Shown: piece after piece, positions 14,569-16,276 of the stretch
Layout: the number at the start of each line of letters is the position of its first letter
How positions within the stretch are numbered: position 1 is the stretch's first letter
DNA from: PVC group bacterium
Lineage (GTDB): Bacteria; GCA-001730085; JADFSZ01
DNA: 16,276 nt
NCBI GenBank assembly: GCA_022560555.1
Contig: JADFSZ010000015.1
Span: forward strand, 1 to 16,276
Direction of reading: 5' to 3'
The notes under the pieces: model-generated
The model's input: the letters and a program-made list of their open reading frames with translations, nothing else
Database searches by the model: none
Told to the model about the DNA's origin: nothing
Program-made: the position numbers and the translations under genes

Positions 14569-16179
14569 TCAGGCTCTTGGATCTAGAAGAAAGGGCTTAA
14601 TGTCTTCTTCGGCAATATCGTTGGATATAAACACTTTCCCGATTTTTTGAGCCAGGATAAACCGTAATCGATTTGTGAACACTTTTTTATCTTTCTTCAT
14701 GGCTTTAAAAATATTTTCCGGCGATGCTTTTTTTTGATCAACTTTTATCGGTAATTTATAATCCCTGATTAGTTTTGTGATTTTTAGCATCTCCTCACGC
14801 TTCATATATCCCTCACGCACCGAAAGAGCGGCAGCCATATTCATACCGATAGCAATGGCTTCCCCGTGCCGAAATGTTTTATATCGCGTCACAGCCTCTA
14901 TTGCATGACCAAATGTGTGCCCAAAATTCAAAATAGCCCGAAGGCCCTCTTCTTTTTCGTCTTTTTCAACGACAGCCGTTTTGATTTCACAGGATTTTTT
15001 CACGATAAAATTGACAGCCTCATGATTTAAATTTATTATTTTTTTTCGATTTTTTTGAAGATATTTAAATAGCCGCGCATCATGGATAATTCCGTACTTT
15101 ATCACTTCAGCCAGCCCGGCCCTCAATTCCATTTTATTTAGTGATTTTAGAAAAGCCGTATCAATAAAAACAAGCTTTGGCTGAAAAAACGCGCCGATCA
15201 TATTTTTTCCTTTTGGATGATTGATTCCCACTTTTCCGCCGACACTGCTATCGACATCCGCCAATAATGTCGTGGGAATATGGATGTAAGAAATTCCGCG
15301 CATGTAGGTCGCAGCCGCATATCCCCCAATATCTCCAACGACACCACCTCCAAGGGTTAATACCAGACCATCTCTATGAAGACGATTTTCGATAAACTTA
15401 TCGTAAATATTTCCCAATGTTTTTTGAGTTTTATAACGTTCCCCGTCCGGGATGACAATACGATGAACATCAAATCCATATTCTTTTAAATGGATCTCTA
15501 TAGGGCTCCCATACAATTTATTCACCGTTGTATTGGTGATAATATGAATGCTTGTCCCCTGAAATACCTTTCGAATTTCACAAGCTAAAAGATCTCTGAT
15601 ATCGTTTCCGATAACGATATCGTAACTATTATGCTCCTCTAGGCAAACATTAAGGCGACTCAATTCTTTGCGCTTTTTATATATACTCATAATTTCTTTC
15701 GCGATCGTGGGAGCATCACGATTTTTTGTCTTAACAATAAAATCGGATTTTCGGTACTGAGGTATCCGCTCTTCCAGCAATTGACGAATACGCTCTTTCG
15801 GATTCGGGACCTTTAAAAGGGGCCGATGGGCTGTACTGCGTGTATTTTCCCATATCTCATCTACACTTGAATCGAGAAAAAAGAGAACGCCATTTTTTTG
15901 AAGATGTTTCATGTTTTGCTCGGATTTAACAACACCTCCGCCGGTTGAAATCACCTGGTTTCTTTTTCGAGAGTATTTTTTAGCAAGCATACTTTCCACA
16001 TCCCGAAAATACAATTCGCCTTTTTGGTCAAAGATTTCAGAAATGGGGCACCCCTCATGATGTTCAATTTCCGTATCTAGATCGACAAATTTCATGCCGG
16101 TTTTTCGCGTTAGCTCTTGGCCGACAAGTGTCTTGCCTGATCCCATAAATCCTACGAGAATAATATTTTTCTGAAACAT
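14569..16179 (-). CDS. aroKB: Bifunctional shikimate kinase / 3-dehydroquinate synthase (AroK-AroB fusion)
   Basis: 536-aa ORF. The N-terminal ~170 aa is shikimate kinase (IILVGFMGSGKTLVG, STGGGVV). The remainder is DHQ synthase (LGGGVVGDIGGYAAATYMRGISYIHIPTTLLADVDSSVGGKVGIN, RAGLAEVIKYG, NFGHTFGHAIE). Confidence 0.93.
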   Translation of the reverse strand: MFQKNIILVGFMGSGKTLVGQELTRKTGMKFVDLDTEIEHHEGCPISEIFDQKGELYFRDVESMLAKKYSRKRNQVISTGGGVVKSEQNMKHLQKNGVLFFLDSSVDEIWENTRSTAHRPLLKVPNPKERIRQLLEERIPQYRKSDFIVKTKNRDAPTIAKEIMSIYKKRKELSRLNVCLEEHNSYDIVIGNDIRDLLACEIRKVFQGTSIHIITNTTVNKLYGSPIEIHLKEYGFDVHRIVIPDGERYKTQKTLGNIYDKFIENRLHRDGLVLTLGGGVVGDIGGYAAATYMRGISYIHIPTTLLADVDSSVGGKVGINHPKGKNMIGAFFQPKLVFIDTAFLKSLNKMELRAGLAEVIKYGIIHDARLFKYLQKNRKKIINLNHEAVNFIVKKSCEIKTAVVEKDEKEEGLRAILNFGHTFGHAIEAVTRYKTFRHGEAIAIGMNMAAALSVREGYMKREEMLKITKLIRDYKLPIKVDQKKASPENIFKAMKKDKKVFTNRLRFILAQKIGKVFISNDIAEEDIKPFLLDPRA

Positions 16180-16276
16180 GCCTTTTACAAACCTCTGTAG
16201 ACGTTAAACAGAAAATGATGCGGTAGCCAATATATAATTTTAATACAATATTTGAGAGCCTATCATAGGTCTCTTA

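Noticed and set aside
16227-16254. 28-nt AT-rich imperfect palindrome (CCAATATATAATTTTAATACAATATTTG) as a possible dif site.
   Set aside because: It lacks the ATAA-N6-TTAT core arrangement of known dif sites. Partial palindromy is expected by chance in AT-rich DNA.
1-16276. Search for tRNA, rRNA, CRISPR repeats, transposases or IS ends, and alternative genetic codes.
   Set aside because: No intergenic region other than 4195-4467 is long enough to hold such a feature. I saw no repeat-spacer periodicity. All conserved genes end at normal TGA/TAA/TAG stops with full-length products.

Overview
This is an AT-rich bacterial chromosomal window (about 40% GC by eye; I cannot identify the organism). 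It is almost entirely tightly packed housekeeping genes. I count 16 well-supported CDS, 15 on the minus strand and only rpsT on the plus strand. In minus-strand transcription order (right to left) they are: fused aroK-aroB, dprA, an orphan 131-aa protein, topA, xerC, queC, queF, a YmdB-like macro-domain protein, [rpsT on +], uvrC, lepA, lepB, pgsA, der, plsY, and a CPBP/CAAX-type membrane protease that runs off the left edge and is absent from the supplied ORF track. Several junctions overlap (ATGA, TAATG) or are only 1-4 nt apart, which suggests long polycistronic units. Strong Shine-Dalgarno sites (GGAGG, AAGGAG) are used, and TGA/TAA/TAG all act as stops, so this is the standard code. I found no tRNA, rRNA, CRISPR array, transposase or recognisable defence system. 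One locus stands out. A ~273-nt GC-enriched insert (about 51% overall and 56% in its core by hand count) fills the lepA-lepB junction exactly, at 4198-4472. It is closed by a 22-23 bp helix whose two arms contain the lepA stop codon and the lepB Shine-Dalgarno, and it contains several further helices, some mutually exclusive. I read it as either an undescribed structured RNA (a translational-coupling or processing element) or a MITE-like insertion. A poorly protein-like 85-codon ORF also spans it exactly. Secondary curiosities are: the orphan protein between dprA and topA; a UvrC that appears about 115 aa short between the UVR and endonuclease domains; a heptad tandem repeat with a mini-ORF upstream of queC; and rpsT/macro genes that converge onto overlapping stop codons with no terminator.
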